In this document: piece by piece, positions 22,587-33,891 of the stretch
Layout of the letters: the number at the start of each line of letters is the position of its first letter
How positions within the stretch are numbered: position 1 is the first letter of the stretch
From: Catajapyx aquilonaris
Taxonomy: Eukaryota
Length of the DNA: 34,165 nucleotides
Direction of reading: 5' to 3'
Assembly (NCBI GenBank): GCA_000934665.2
Contig: KZ539080.1
Location: 1 to 34,165, forward strand
Notes under the pieces: model-generated
The model's database searches: none
Seen by the model: the letters and a program-made list of their open reading frames with translations, nothing else
Told to the model about the DNA's origin: nothing
Made by a program: the position numbers and the translations under genes

Positions 22587-25084
22587 GTTGTTTTGAAATG
22601 GATATGTCTATCTGAACGGATTTTCTCTGCAGATTACGCAAATGACATTGAAAATCTCCTACCACGTCAAGTTTTCGAGTTACAGGGTGTGTCATAAATT
22701 CACGGGGGTATGTCCACATGTACAGCGCGTGGTGGATGGAGTTGACCTACAGCAACGTCCTTACACCACATTGTTGTGACACTCATCCTTGTTACTACCA
22801 CCAAGTTTGATTCGATTGCATCATTCCACTGGGAGTTATGCACCTCAGAAGGTGTAAAAGTGTGGGTCGGAGGTGCATATCGGTGAACTTTCGGGCATCA
22901 AATAAAATCATAATTATGTAGTTAATCGAGATAACATTAATTGTGATATTGTACGACGAGTAGGTGGCGATGCTCTATCATACGCCATCATCAAATAAAG
23001 TGCACGACAATTCAAGATGGATCAGGAGCGTTTGGAAGAGACCCCCCACCAATGCACAAAATGTGTAGTGTTGCATACGAGGGTTGAGTCAAAAGTCATG
23101 GAGTGTTATTCATTATATTATTCAAAAACGGTAACACATACAGAGATGACACCTGCTGACTTTTGAAGATCCGGCGATTGCAATTTTTTCTGGCATATAG
23201 ATGTCGCTCACTTCGCGAGGGGGCTGGGGAAACAAAGGGGGAATGTGACACCCCCCCCCCNNNNNNNNNNNNNNNNCCCCCCCCCCCCCCCACCGCAGAC
23301 CGCACCATCGCCGTAAGACGGCCCGAGCCCACCGCACAGTGTTTGATATCAGAAAAAACACAATCGAAAATGATAGCTCCTCAACTAAACCGTCTAAATA
23401 CATAAAAAAAACCTGTCTCCCCATGTTTTAGTGGTCGCTGATTTCAATTTGTAGGTTATTTTGAACCTGGACATACAGGGTGTACCAAAAATTCGCCATG
23501 AAATTTAAGAACTTTTAGAAAAAACACTATAAGTAGGTGAAAATAACATTTCTGGATGCTTTTGCGGTCCTAATTTTGATTTTTAGGTAATTTTTAAACA
23601 GGACATACAGGGTGTACCATAAAAAACCACCGAATTTAAGAACTTGTATAATCTACATTGTACGTACGGATAAGTGAAAAAAATACTTTCCAATGTGTTG
23701 GGGAAGACTGATTTTTATTTTTAAGCTACATTGAACCCGGACCTACACCCTGTACCAAAAACACCATCAAAGAGAGCTCATGGAATAAATAGTGGAAGTA
23801 GTTGAAATTGATGTTTCTGCCCAAAATCGCGATCGCTGTTTTTTGCTATGTAGGCACTCCAAACTTTAGAAAACGCTTCTGAAAACTTTAGAAAAAGCTT
23901 CTGAAAAGCGTAGAAGTTATTAATTAATGATCTTTGAAATTCAGTTTAGGACATAATTAATGAACCTCCCTCGAATGCACCTCTCAGGTGTTTTCATTTC
24001 TGAAATTGCGGGTAGCAGATATTAGCAGCTGGATTATGATTTTCTAGCTACAGTACATCCTGAAGGTCACCATAACAGCAATTTCATGATGGAGTCTCGT
24101 GGAGCCGCTTTTGAAGGATAGGGTTTATCAAATGAACACCAAAAAAATCAAGCTATTTAAAAAAATTCATAAAAATTAAAAATTTATTCGTAAATCAATA
24201 AATGATGTAATTCTATTTGTAACCCTCTCAATTAATTAAGTACATTATTTGCAATCATTTATACAATTTATCCTGCAAGTTATTAAATTCGACCGTGTTT
24301 TCGGTACACCCTGTAGGTCTTGGTTCAAAATATCCTTGAAATCAAAATCAGTGACCGCGAAAGCACCGGGAATTGTTATTTACACCTACTTATAGTGTTT
24401 TTTCCTAGCAGTTCTTGAATTACATGGCGACCCTGTAGGTGCAGGTTCAAAATAACCTTAAAATCGAAATCAGCGACCCCTAAAACATGAGTAAATATGT
24501 TTTTACGTACTTAGACAGTTTAGTTGGGGAGCTAGCATTTTCGATCGTGTTTTTTCTGATATCAAATACTGTACTGCGCCGCGTACGTTGCGCCTTCCCG
24601 ATAAATTGCCTTTTGTGCATGGGTGGGGGGTATCTTTCAAACGCTCCTGATCCATCTTGAATTGTCGTGCACTTCATTTGATGATGGCGTATGATAGAGC
24701 ATCACCACCTACTCTTCGTACAATATCACAATTAATGTTATCTCGATTAACTACATAATTATGATTTTATTTGATGCCCGCAAGTTCACCGATATGTACC
24801 TCCGACCCACACTTTTACACCTTCTGAGATGCATAACTCCCAGTGGAATGATGCAATCGGAATCAACCTTGGTGGTAGTAACAAGGATGGGTGTCACAAG
24901 AATGTGGTGTAAGGACGTTCCTGTAGGTCAACACCAACCACGTCACATGCTGGTGGACATACCCACGTGAATTTATGACACACCCTGTAACTCGAAAATT
25001 TGACGTGGTAGGAGATTTTCAATGTCATTTTCGTAATCTGAAGAGAAAATCGGTTCGGATACACCTGTTTATTTCAAAACAACA
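22587..25084. mobile_element. Fold-back-like non-autonomous DNA element with ~1-kb imperfect TIRs
   Basis: 22587-23050 mirrors 24635-25084 and ~23330-23760 mirrors ~24290-24580. Internal tacagggtgtacc subrepeats; no coding core or clear TSD. Confidence 0.8.
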
Positions 25085-25557
25085 GAAAAAAAGTCAAAAA
25101 ATGCAGATCAGTGATTATCTCTGAAACGCTCTGGACAAATGTCTGCAAATATCATCATACACAGATCATACACGACGGGGAGGTGTCCATTCCCCGCCGC
25201 TGCAGCTTCCAGCGCCAATGGGATTATGCTGTCAAAATATTGTGCATAATATAATTTTATCGCAAAACATAGCATTAAATATGTAAAAAAAAAAAAGGTC
25301 ATATACACTTTAGTAGCCAGATACATTTTGCGTTAACTGTTTTCGAATTCACATCCTGGAACCTACCATCTAGCGGGAGGGAGTCCAAGTTTGGATATAA
25401 TCCCAACACATAGATGGCGCAGTAGTGGTGGGGAAAACTGGGACTTTTGAGTTGCACCAACAGCTGTCGCAGCTACCCAACTGTAGCAGTTACTGTTAAA
25501 TGCGACTTTGCTAAACTGCGACTGGTAAACTGCTAAATCTAAGGAATATCTAAGGAA

Positions 25558-25592
25558 CTCCCCCTCAAAAGGTATTGTACCTTAAAGGGGTA

Positions 25593-25667
<75 letters not shown>

Positions 25668-25670
25668 AAT
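25558..25670 (+). mobile_element. Severely 5'-truncated retroposon insertion (3' hairpin plus (TAA)n tail only)
   Basis: cccctcaaaaggtattgtaccttaaaggggt followed by ~78 nt of (TAA)n. Flanked by ctaaggaatat (25539-25549, 25671-25681), with an extra partial copy at 25550-25557. Confidence 0.75.
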
Positions 25671-26090
25671 CTAAGGAATATTTAGAACAACACAAAATGC
25701 ACGTTTAACTAGTGGGAATAGGGTACAGGAGTGAGGAGGAAATAGGCAAGAAGCCTGGCACAGGCGTAATTTTTTGTTTGGTTCAAGGTCACACAAACTT
25801 AGGTGAAAGTAACTGACAAAGTCCTCAGACCCAGAGGCACGGGAGGCAAGTGTTGTCAAAGAAAAACAAAAGCACATGTGCCTGGGAGCCGGTTTTATTC
25901 AGGGGCATTCTGTTTGAGGGTTGACAAGTCAAAGTCTGCACTATTGGAGCATTTAATGTACACTACAATACAATTAATAATATGCATGATATGACATCCT
26001 GGATTGAAGGATTACCCTTCACAGAAATCCTGGAAGCAGATGATTCGTAAACGCAAAGACCTTTTTTTATTTTAATGCTTTTTAGGTATA

Positions 26091-26208
26091 TAGTCTGGTG
26101 ACCCGGGGTGGCTTGCCCCCTGGGGTAACTGGTTGTTTACCGCTATTCTTTTACATATGTTGCCATGGTGATTGCCCCCGGGATAGCTTACCCGGGGTCA
26201 TCAGACTA
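26091..26208. mobile_element. Short palindromic MITE
   Basis: tagtctggtgacccggggt versus acccggggtcatcagacta. Confidence 0.7.
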
Positions 26209-26298
26209 GGGGCCTTAAACTTCTGTGATTTATATCGTTTAATTGCGAATCAAAGAAGTAATCAATCTAATAATTATCATTTACCTCTTTCTCTGATG

Positions 26299-26336
26299 CA
26301 AGATGGATAAACACAGTACTGTGTTTATCCATCTTG
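26299..26336. mobile_element. 38-bp perfect palindrome with 8-bp TSD (minimal TIR-only MITE)
   Basis: ctctgatg|caagatggataaacacagtactgtgtttatccatcttg|ctctgatg. Confidence 0.85.
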
Positions 26337-27232
26337 CTCTGATGTAACAGAGAGTTCAGTGGGTGCTGAACTTTTAAACTAAAGTGTGTTCTTTTCTTTT
26401 TTACTGCCAAAAATTTATTTTTGCCTATATTAAAATGATAATGATAATGTTACTTGGAAATTGATCAAACTGATGTTTATTAATGATTAAAGGAAACATT
26501 TAAAATATCTGACTTAAGAATTTAAAAACCACTTTATACTTCACTTACCTATAAAACTAAAGCTCTGCTTTATTATTGGGAGTCATAATCAATCTTCATA
26601 GAGATTATGCAGAACGCTACATTATAAGGTACCCTATTATTAAACTGATGAAAACTTTCACAAGTTTGCCATGACACGAACGGCAGTATTCTCCTGAGGT
26701 ATTAGTCAAACGGCCCGACGCGACGTCTGTTAACATTAATATTTAAAAACACCACGTGAAATGGGGGGGGGGNTGCACGGTCGGTCACAAAGGGGGTGGG
26801 GTGGGCCGGTGATGGGTCAAAAAGTGACATAAAATCGGTCACGTGGTATTATTTGCACGATCTCTTACGAATCTCAGTTTAGCAATTGCAGCTTGTTTTA
26901 TGCCTAATTGCCTACTTAATGCCTATTTAAACGTTACAGTGCAAGTCGTATAGTTTGCCTGTCGCAGTTTTCAAAGTCGCAGTGTAGCAGTTACTGCTAC
27001 TTACAAGTAGCAGCTACAAAGTAGCAGTCTAGCTACTTTTGTCCCACCAACCACCACATGGTGCGGCTGATAGAGGTAGAGCCCAGAGGTAGAGCCCAGC
27101 GGCAGTCTTGGCAGGGAACAAGTGGTCTTGGCGGCAGTGCAGCGTGTGTGGTTAGCACCTGTACACTACCATCAGATGGACCTTACCAATCTTACCATGC
27201 AGTCTAGCTATGTAAGTTACAACTGCACTCAC

Positions 27233-27269
27233 CTTTTTTGGTTCATTTGCTACGTCCCTGACCGTTGGC
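27233..27269 (-). CDS. Candidate 37-nt upstream micro-exon of CMTR2
   Basis: Bounded by tgttttgcag| and AAG|gtgagt. Reads (x)PTVRDVANEPKK and ends in phase 0, compatible with the 13302 acceptor. No homology support and no start codon found. Confidence 0.3.
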
Positions 27270-28501
27270 CTGCAAAACAGTCACATGCTGTGTGACGAGT
27301 AGCTCAAGTAACGGGTATAGTCATTTCGTGTTCTCAATGCTTTTTGGTGGGTAGTAATAAGTGGATTTCAACGAAAAATAGCAAAGGAAAGAGGGAGAAA
27401 TGTGGCGGGTATGGTCACTGCACTATCATGGTGCCATGTCGCCCCAATTCTCCAGACTTATACATGTTGTATTTTGATGATTGAAGAATGGTTTGATGAA
27501 GGGAAAGGAATATAATTATGTTCACTTTTTATACAGGGTGTCCCACTAGCTACTTTACACGGCATTTCTTTAATAGCTTTAACACAAATCAAGATACCGC
27601 AGCGGTTTAGGTTTATTGGGAAGAAGCCAAAGCAACTATGGCTATCTGGCTATAGAAGATGCAAAGGTGGGACAGATGGAGAGAGAAACGAAGAGGAAAA
27701 AGAAGAGAAGAAAGGCTGGATTTTTTTTATTTATGTCTTTGACTTGAATACATATATCAAATGTCAATGGTCAATACATCATAAAAACTGTCCCAAAGAC
27801 CTGTCCGGCTTGGGTGGCCCTGCCATTAGACGAAGCTCCCGCCAGAATAGCTCTTGGGGTCATGGGAGAATGCAAACCCCATCACCATGATAAGGTGAAG
27901 ATACCATCCAGGGGGATATCGCAACAGAACTGAACTAACCTTATTATGTGAGAAAGGAAATTGCATTACAACATGTGTTGGAAAGGTCTCGGCCCTCTCT
28001 GAAGTACTGCACCCATTGTTACAATGCACTACGCGTACTTCAGTTCATGACAATTTTTGAAGGGATGGAAATCAACCCTCAGAACCTTGTAATGGTGCGC
28101 TACCACTTGTAACACTTATAACAGTTTTGCTGCTCTTGTGTGACTTACTTCCGTAGATGTCAGCTTCGTCTCAAAGACTCTGTTTTTGGATCATGTAGTT
28201 CGGTTCAAAAGAACAAAAACTTGCGGGTTTTTAATATGCACTCCTTATATTGTCGACGGAACTTGTATGCAGTCAAATCAAGCAACACAAAAGATAGGGA
28301 AGGGGTAATACTTCCAAAACAACCTTGAGGCAGAGAGAAAAAACCTTCCCTCCTTCACTAATACGGTGCTTTCAATTATAAGAATTTTTATTACTTTCAG
28401 CACTTGCCTTCCTCTTAGGGTACATGAACACAAAAGAGGTGGCCATTTTTAAGTAGTATTTGTTTACATGTATATGTTTGCCCTTTTGCAAACTTAATGT
28501 A

Positions 28502-28906
28502 CAGGGTGGTCCAACTTCAAGTGTCGTTTTATAACAGCTATTTATAGAAACGCTTTACGATTATCATAGCAGCCACGTGTAAAATGGCCCACTTCGGCGC
28601 CATCGAAAATGTTAGCTGCCAATAGCAGCACACATGTAATGAACCCTGTGCAACCACATGCGGCACCAATGCCAATCTGGTGCCTTGGACGTCACCCATT
28701 TCACCCAGACGCATCGTAGGTCATGTGTGCACCTCCTTTTTTCCAGGTCAACCCAGCAGCAGGGTTGATTACATGTGTGCTGCTATTGGCAGCTAATATT
28801 TTCGATGGCGCCGAAGTGGGACATTTTACATGTCGCTGCTACGTCATCGCAAAATCACTGCTATTAATCGCCGTTATAAAACGACACTTGAAGTTGGACC
28901 ACCCTG
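28502..28906. mobile_element. Tc1/mariner-like MITE with ~145-bp TIRs
   Basis: TA|CAGGGTGGTCCAACTTCAAGTGTCG...CGACACTTGAAGTTGGACCACCCTG|TA. Confidence 0.9.
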
Positions 28907-29195
28907 TATATGATAGAATAAGTGAGTTTTAAGTGTTTAATATGTACCACAAGCCTGTTAGTGTACAGCCTACGGTGCATAAACAGACCTGTGGTGTGTG
29001 CACCTTAGGTGCACTGTAGCGGCCCGAGGGAAACATGAAGAAAACAACATTGGACTGAATGGCTGGAAGCTGTATTATTTGATGCCCCAATTAAAGGGGG
29101 GTGTATTGTTGGCCAGTTGGCACTATTGTCAGTTGTCAACCATGTAATGATAGCTGTCAAACTGCCTGAGTAGTGTGGCATGTCCATTGTTCTAA

Positions 29196-29610
29196 GGCCG
29201 GGTTGCACTGCTTACGCCCCAAGCAAAAACCCTGTATATGTGGTTTTTGTCATTTCGAGATAATTGCATTTGAAGTTCGCATGCTTGCCTTGCATACATA
29301 TACATTATGACATGGTTTTACTCTGTCCCTAACTTTTCAATGGCGGCTCGTAGAGAAACTAGGTTTCTACCATTACGTGGGTCGCATAAAGAGGAGTGCA
29401 GTGGTATGCTTATCTGAACATACATGGTTTTTGCACGTGCAGGATTTTTGCTTGGGGCATCAGACCGGCTCCTGGAAAATTTGTCCGGCCGAAGAAGAGC
29501 CTGTGTAGTTCATATTCATTGTTGTCAACAATTCTGTCAACAATGAATAACAAACTATCCTGGCTCTTCTTCGGACAGACAAATTTTCCAGGAGCCGGTG
29601 CAACCCGGCC
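29196..29610. mobile_element. PIF/Harbinger-like MITE with a nested insertion (~29209-29465)
   Basis: TAA|GGCCGGGTTGCAC...GTGCAACCCGGCC|TAA. Palindromic body at 29464-29598; inner element with gccccaagcaaaaa/tttttgcttggggc TIRs. Confidence 0.85.
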
Positions 29611-29911
29611 TAAGAACTGTAAGTGTTTACTGACTTTGGTCACTAACAACAATCTCTGCCAGTTGACAACTGACAATAGTGCTAACTGACCAACAATGCA
29701 TAAACAGGCTCTTTACTTTTTAATCAGAACATATCCTAACGGTTTACTCAACTGTGGTTACTATCAACAACCTGACAGTTGTGCCAACTGGCTAACAATA
29801 CATCCTCCCCTGTTGCGAGGTCACCATGATTTAGAACACGGCGCAGTGGAGAAGGGATGGGGTGGATGGGTGGAGGAGGATGGAAGGGTCAATGTGTTAT
29901 GGGAGAGGAGA

Positions 29912-30080
29912 TCTGCCATCAGATGTAAGAAGACTGTAACTCAAAAACTAGTAAGGGTGAAAGTCGCATGCATGCCCTGCACTAATCCCCCCTCACTCAG
30001 AGTTGATTAGTGCAGGGCATGCATGCGACTTTCACCCTTACTAGTTTTTGAGTTACGGCCTTCTGACATCTGACGGCAGA
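29912..30080. repeat. Long hairpin: 52-bp perfect stem, 17-nt loop, imperfect 24-bp extension
   Basis: 29936-29987 is the exact reverse complement of 30005-30056. Confidence 0.92.
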
Positions 30081-31503
30081 GATGTTGACTCGCCGACTTC
30101 CAGCAAACGACTTAAGTTCCTCCACCATTGCGCTATAGATATTAAAGGTAGCTTTAATATCTGTGCATTGCACATGCGCAGAACTGGGGCCAACAGGAAG
30201 CGGCACAGTAACAAAGCGTTTGGTAACAATATATGGCGCACACAAACAGACTTAGTGAAATAGGCTGTTACAGGGAATGATCAGGGTCATTCAAATGAAA
30301 ACAACCAAAGGTCATAGCAAATTGCCAAGTGAGTGTCTTGTGACATCTACACAAAACGAAGGTGGTACTGATGTAGTAGTATGGCCTCCCGGAGCTTTCG
30401 CCCCTGCAGTTTCACTCCCATTGTACATTCTATTCACCGCCGAGTCAGCTCGCTGCGGGCGTTGGGATGGGATGCTTGCTTGTGTTTAGAACGCCGTTGC
30501 CAATGGAGACTCATTGTAGGTGCATAAACTAATAGTTTGAATAACATATCTATCGAACACACAAGCAAGATATTAACAGTTCTGGGACCGGTGATGCTTG
30601 CATGCGATTGGAGGTTGGCAAAGCCACAATAATGTTCGTTGGCCTGCTGTGCCACAAGACGGACAGTAAATGTTGCGGACACAAAACCCACAATAAAGTG
30701 CCTAGCTCACTCTCGCTTGCACTGAACTCAAAATATCCTGCCGGCGACGAACCGTGCCTTGCAGGGCTGTTGGTGGCCGCTGTTGCTTTTTTCTTGAAGT
30801 AATAAGTTGCTTCATTAAATTTGCAAAGTACTCCAAGGTAAGTATAGGACAAGGCCGTTGCTAGTAATGTGGAGTTCCAGAAGAATTTCTTACTTGGCTG
30901 CTTCCCACCTTTATGATAACAAACTAACTCGTTTTGTTTAAATTGATTTGTAATGAGTTGGTTTTAAAGTAATCAGCCAATATGTGTATGTTTTGCTGCA
31001 TGTATAAAGGGTTAAAGGGGTTCTTATCTGTGATAAGAATTATGTCATAAACGTATGCTTCCTGTCTGGATCCAAAGTTAGTGCCCCTAGCCCCTTGTGA
31101 TGTCATAAACTCATAAATATCAGCTATATATAAGTTGCAAAGGAAAGGGCTTAGTGGTTCACCTTGTGGCAATCCAGTGACAATTTTAATGGGATCTAAT
31201 TCTTGTGAGGCTACACCATTTCCAATTTCGCATAGATATCTTTGAGAAGTGAGATCATTCTGTGACTATTACTCAGTTGAACTAGTTTACTGAACAGTTG
31301 CTCATGTTGAACAGAATCAAATGCTTTGGATATATCTATGAACAGTGTGTATAGTTTGCCTTTAGGCTCAGATATATATTTCTGAATAAGGATGTGAAAT
31401 GTGAGTATAGGTGGTCCATGCAACCTCTGTTTTTGCGGAAGGCCACTTGCCAATTCGGAAGAATCTTGTGCCCATCTGTCCATTCACGTAATCTGTTTGT
31501 TAA

Positions 31504-32055
31504 CCCTTAACTACGTAGGTGGAGCCTGAGAGGCTCCAACTACCACTATTTAAAAGCATGTAACTTTTTAATTAAATGTTTTTCCCCCTGTCCTTCCATG
31601 ACTTTGTCACAAAAACCTTCCTAAGGATAAAAAGAAGAAACAAAAATTTTAGTCGCCATTCTTTGGCTGGAAAAAATTATTCGTAACGAGGAACAGGTCC
31701 CACCTTGGAGCTGCTCAGGCTCCACCGACATAGTAAAGGGTGCTGTCGTTTTCCATATTCAGACGCTCTCTACGGAGATAGGGACAACGACTGCACCCTT
31801 TACTACGTAGGTGGAGCCTGAGCGGCTCCAAGGTGCGACCTGTTCCTCGTTACGAATTTTTTTTCTGTCGGAATATGCTGACTCAGCGTGTGATTTTTAC
31901 GTTTTCGGAAGCCTAATTATCTGAACTGCATTTTCTGTATGTGATAAGTACAATATAACAATTGAGCTGATAAGCAGAGATTTAAATATACCGTTGGAGC
32001 CTCCAGGCTCCACCTATGTAGTGAAAGGTGTTTCGGCCACCTCCGTAGTTAAGGG
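31504..32055. mobile_element. piggyBac-like MITE inserted in the LINE
   Basis: TTAA|CCCTTAACTACG...CGTAGTTAAGGG|TTAA, with four internal ggtggagcctga..ggctcca palindromic units. Confidence 0.9.
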
Positions 32056-32216
32056 TTAATATAGAAGTGAATAGTTTGAAAGTGTTATTAAAAATTGCTA
32101 CAGGTCGATTATTTTCAGGTAGGGACCTGACCCATGATGTGCCATGCTTTGAAAATGGGGGTTATTCTAGCCTGGCTCTAGTTTTTTTGGATCTTTTGTG
32201 AGTTAAGACTATATTT

Positions 32217-32462
32217 GAAGAGCACAGGGGAAAAACGGGGAATGTCACACAAAAAATGTCCACGAAAAATCGAAGAAATAGCTTTATTTCTTCACGTGTC
32301 TAAAGAATAATAGGGATATCTTCACGTCATTATATACAACTGTCACCCTTGTACCCATGGAAAGCCTCCAGGTATAAGTGTCACCTATGCTACTATTGTA
32401 CTGTGCACTTGGCAGGAACCCCAACGGAATTTGACATTCCCCGTTTTTCCCCTGTGCTCTTC
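32217..32462. mobile_element. MITE with 31-bp TIRs and 4-bp ATTT TSD (Sola-like)
   Basis: attt|gaagagcacaggggaaaaacggggaatgtca...tgacattccccgtttttcccctgtgctcttc|attt. Confidence 0.85.
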
Positions 32463-32541
32463 ATTTGAAAATGACGAATAAGGTATCCGAAATACTTGAC
32501 ATGAACTATTTATTTAGCCTATTGGGTATTAAGTCAGGGCC

Positions 32542-32767
32542 CGGCCGACACGGTGGTGTAGTGGTTAACGCTGCAGTCTTCCACCTCTAAGGTCCCAAGT
32601 TTGATCCCCGGGTCGGGCGGAGGACACTTATGTGGAAAGAGTTTCGGTGAGTTCTCGCCATGTTTGCGTGGGTTTTCTCAGGGTTCTCCTGTTTCCTCCC
32701 ACTACCAAACACCCACTATACAATTATCAGCTAACCTTAGTTGCTTTGGCACAACTAACAAACAAAC
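32542..32767 (+). mobile_element. tRNA-derived SINE family B with a V/Meta-SINE-like central domain
   Basis: A-box ggtggtgtagtggtt, B-box-like agtttgatcccc, core gttctcgccatgtttgcgtgggttttctcagggttctcctgtttcctcccac, (CAAA)n tail. 14-bp TSD attaagtcagggcc (32528-32541, 32768-32781). Confidence 0.88.
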
Positions 32768-33101
32768 ATTAAGTCAGGGCCGGGGGCTGTTTTGGTTTGA
32801 GCTTCCTAATAGCTAAAGTGAGTTCCTCCAGAGTGAATGGTTTGTCTAGCACTGGGTCTATAATGGAGTTATTTCTATTCAGGGGTTAACCACGTCGGGT
32901 TCAGATTCAGCAATTCGTGGTGTTATTTGGGAGATTTGAAAATAATGCCACCATTTGTCTTCTTCCACACCTGGCTTAGGTTTAAATTTCTTTGTGCTTT
33001 TCACCAAGTGCCCAAAATTCAGCGGGGGATGCTGGTTGAAGTAATCTGTCTCAATGTCGAGAAATCTTTTCTCTTTTTTGCCAAATTCATGTTCTTATAA
33101 C

Positions 33102-33380
33102 CAGTGCCGGATCTACGAAATTTCGGAGGGGGGGCAGAAACCTTTCCTGCCGCCCCCCACCCCCGCGGTTTGAAAGTTTGGTTTCATTTTTCTGACATGG
33201 ATCTTCTGCACTTCAGGCAGTGGCGCATGCAAAATGTTCTTTTGGGGGGGGGCGGGCAGGCGAGGAAGCCCGCTGCAGGCGAAAATTTTTGTGTGTTCAA
33301 GGTCACACAAGCTGAGGGTGCTAAATTTCTAAAGAAATATCATCTTCAGCGTTGTTTTGCATTTCTGGGAAAGAGTTCCT
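33102..33380 (+). mobile_element. hAT-like MITE left-end fragments
   Basis: cagtgccggatct...gggggggc (33102) and cagtggcgcatgca...ggggggg (33218), typical of CAGTGGCG-terminus MITEs. Right ends not found. Confidence 0.5.
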
Positions 33381-33891
33381 AAGATGCACTACAGTTTTGA
33401 CTACCAGTCCAAATAATATACTGTTTGCAGATATTTTCGTAATGAACGCACGTCTTGTCATTGTCCCGGACAATACACAGGAGAAGGGTTAGCATGAAAG
33501 CTTTCTGCAGGACAAGAAGGTTAATAACTATTTCAGATCTGCACATTGCACTTGAAAGGAGTTCTGCTTAGGTGGCTGTAGTTTTGTCGTTACAAGTTCA
33601 CAAACAATTCCAGTGTTGTCAATAACGTACGTTAGCGGGTTTTCAATCATTACAGAGCCGTGCTTCCCAATCTTTTTCGGATAGATGCGTAAAATTCGCG
33701 ACCACCACTTCCAATTCAACCCTATACCCCTTTCCTTTGGTGGTAGTTAATTACAATAATCGCTAAATTAACACATCTCGTTTACGGGCAAATTTTCTAG
33801 AGAGATAGAATCAATCTGCACAAACAACTACGTAGTTAACCTTCCTCGCGACTCCAAAGGGGTCGCGACCGCAAAACGGAAAAGAACACAA

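Larger units (their letters stand above)
25424..27050. mobile_element. Old hAT-like non-autonomous element with gtagcag/tgcgac subrepeats, interrupted by later insertions
   Basis: tagtggtggg... left end and ...cccacca right end. tgcgactttgctaaactgcgac (25501) is mirrored by gtcgcagttttcaaagtcgca (26961). Confidence 0.45.
30540..33100 (-). pseudogene. Decayed non-LTR retrotransposon (LINE) reverse transcriptase, interrupted by three insertions
   Basis: Ordered motifs across frameshifts: PAEFWAL; LDKPFTLEELTLAIRKLK/APGPDLIPN; ARITPIFK; PENNRPVAIFNNTFKLFTSIL; NRL..ILPNWQVAFRKNRGCMDH; LFIDISKAFDSV; GLPQGEPLSPFL; AYVYDIIL (decayed YADD); LQINLNKT; YTYLGV. Confidence 0.92.

Noticed and set aside
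23252..23291. Poly-C tract with N gap
   Set aside because: Assembly gap in a homopolymer; uninformative.
33400..33760. APE endonuclease remnant of the LINE
   Set aside because: The position is plausible but there are no convincing GDFN or SDH motifs.
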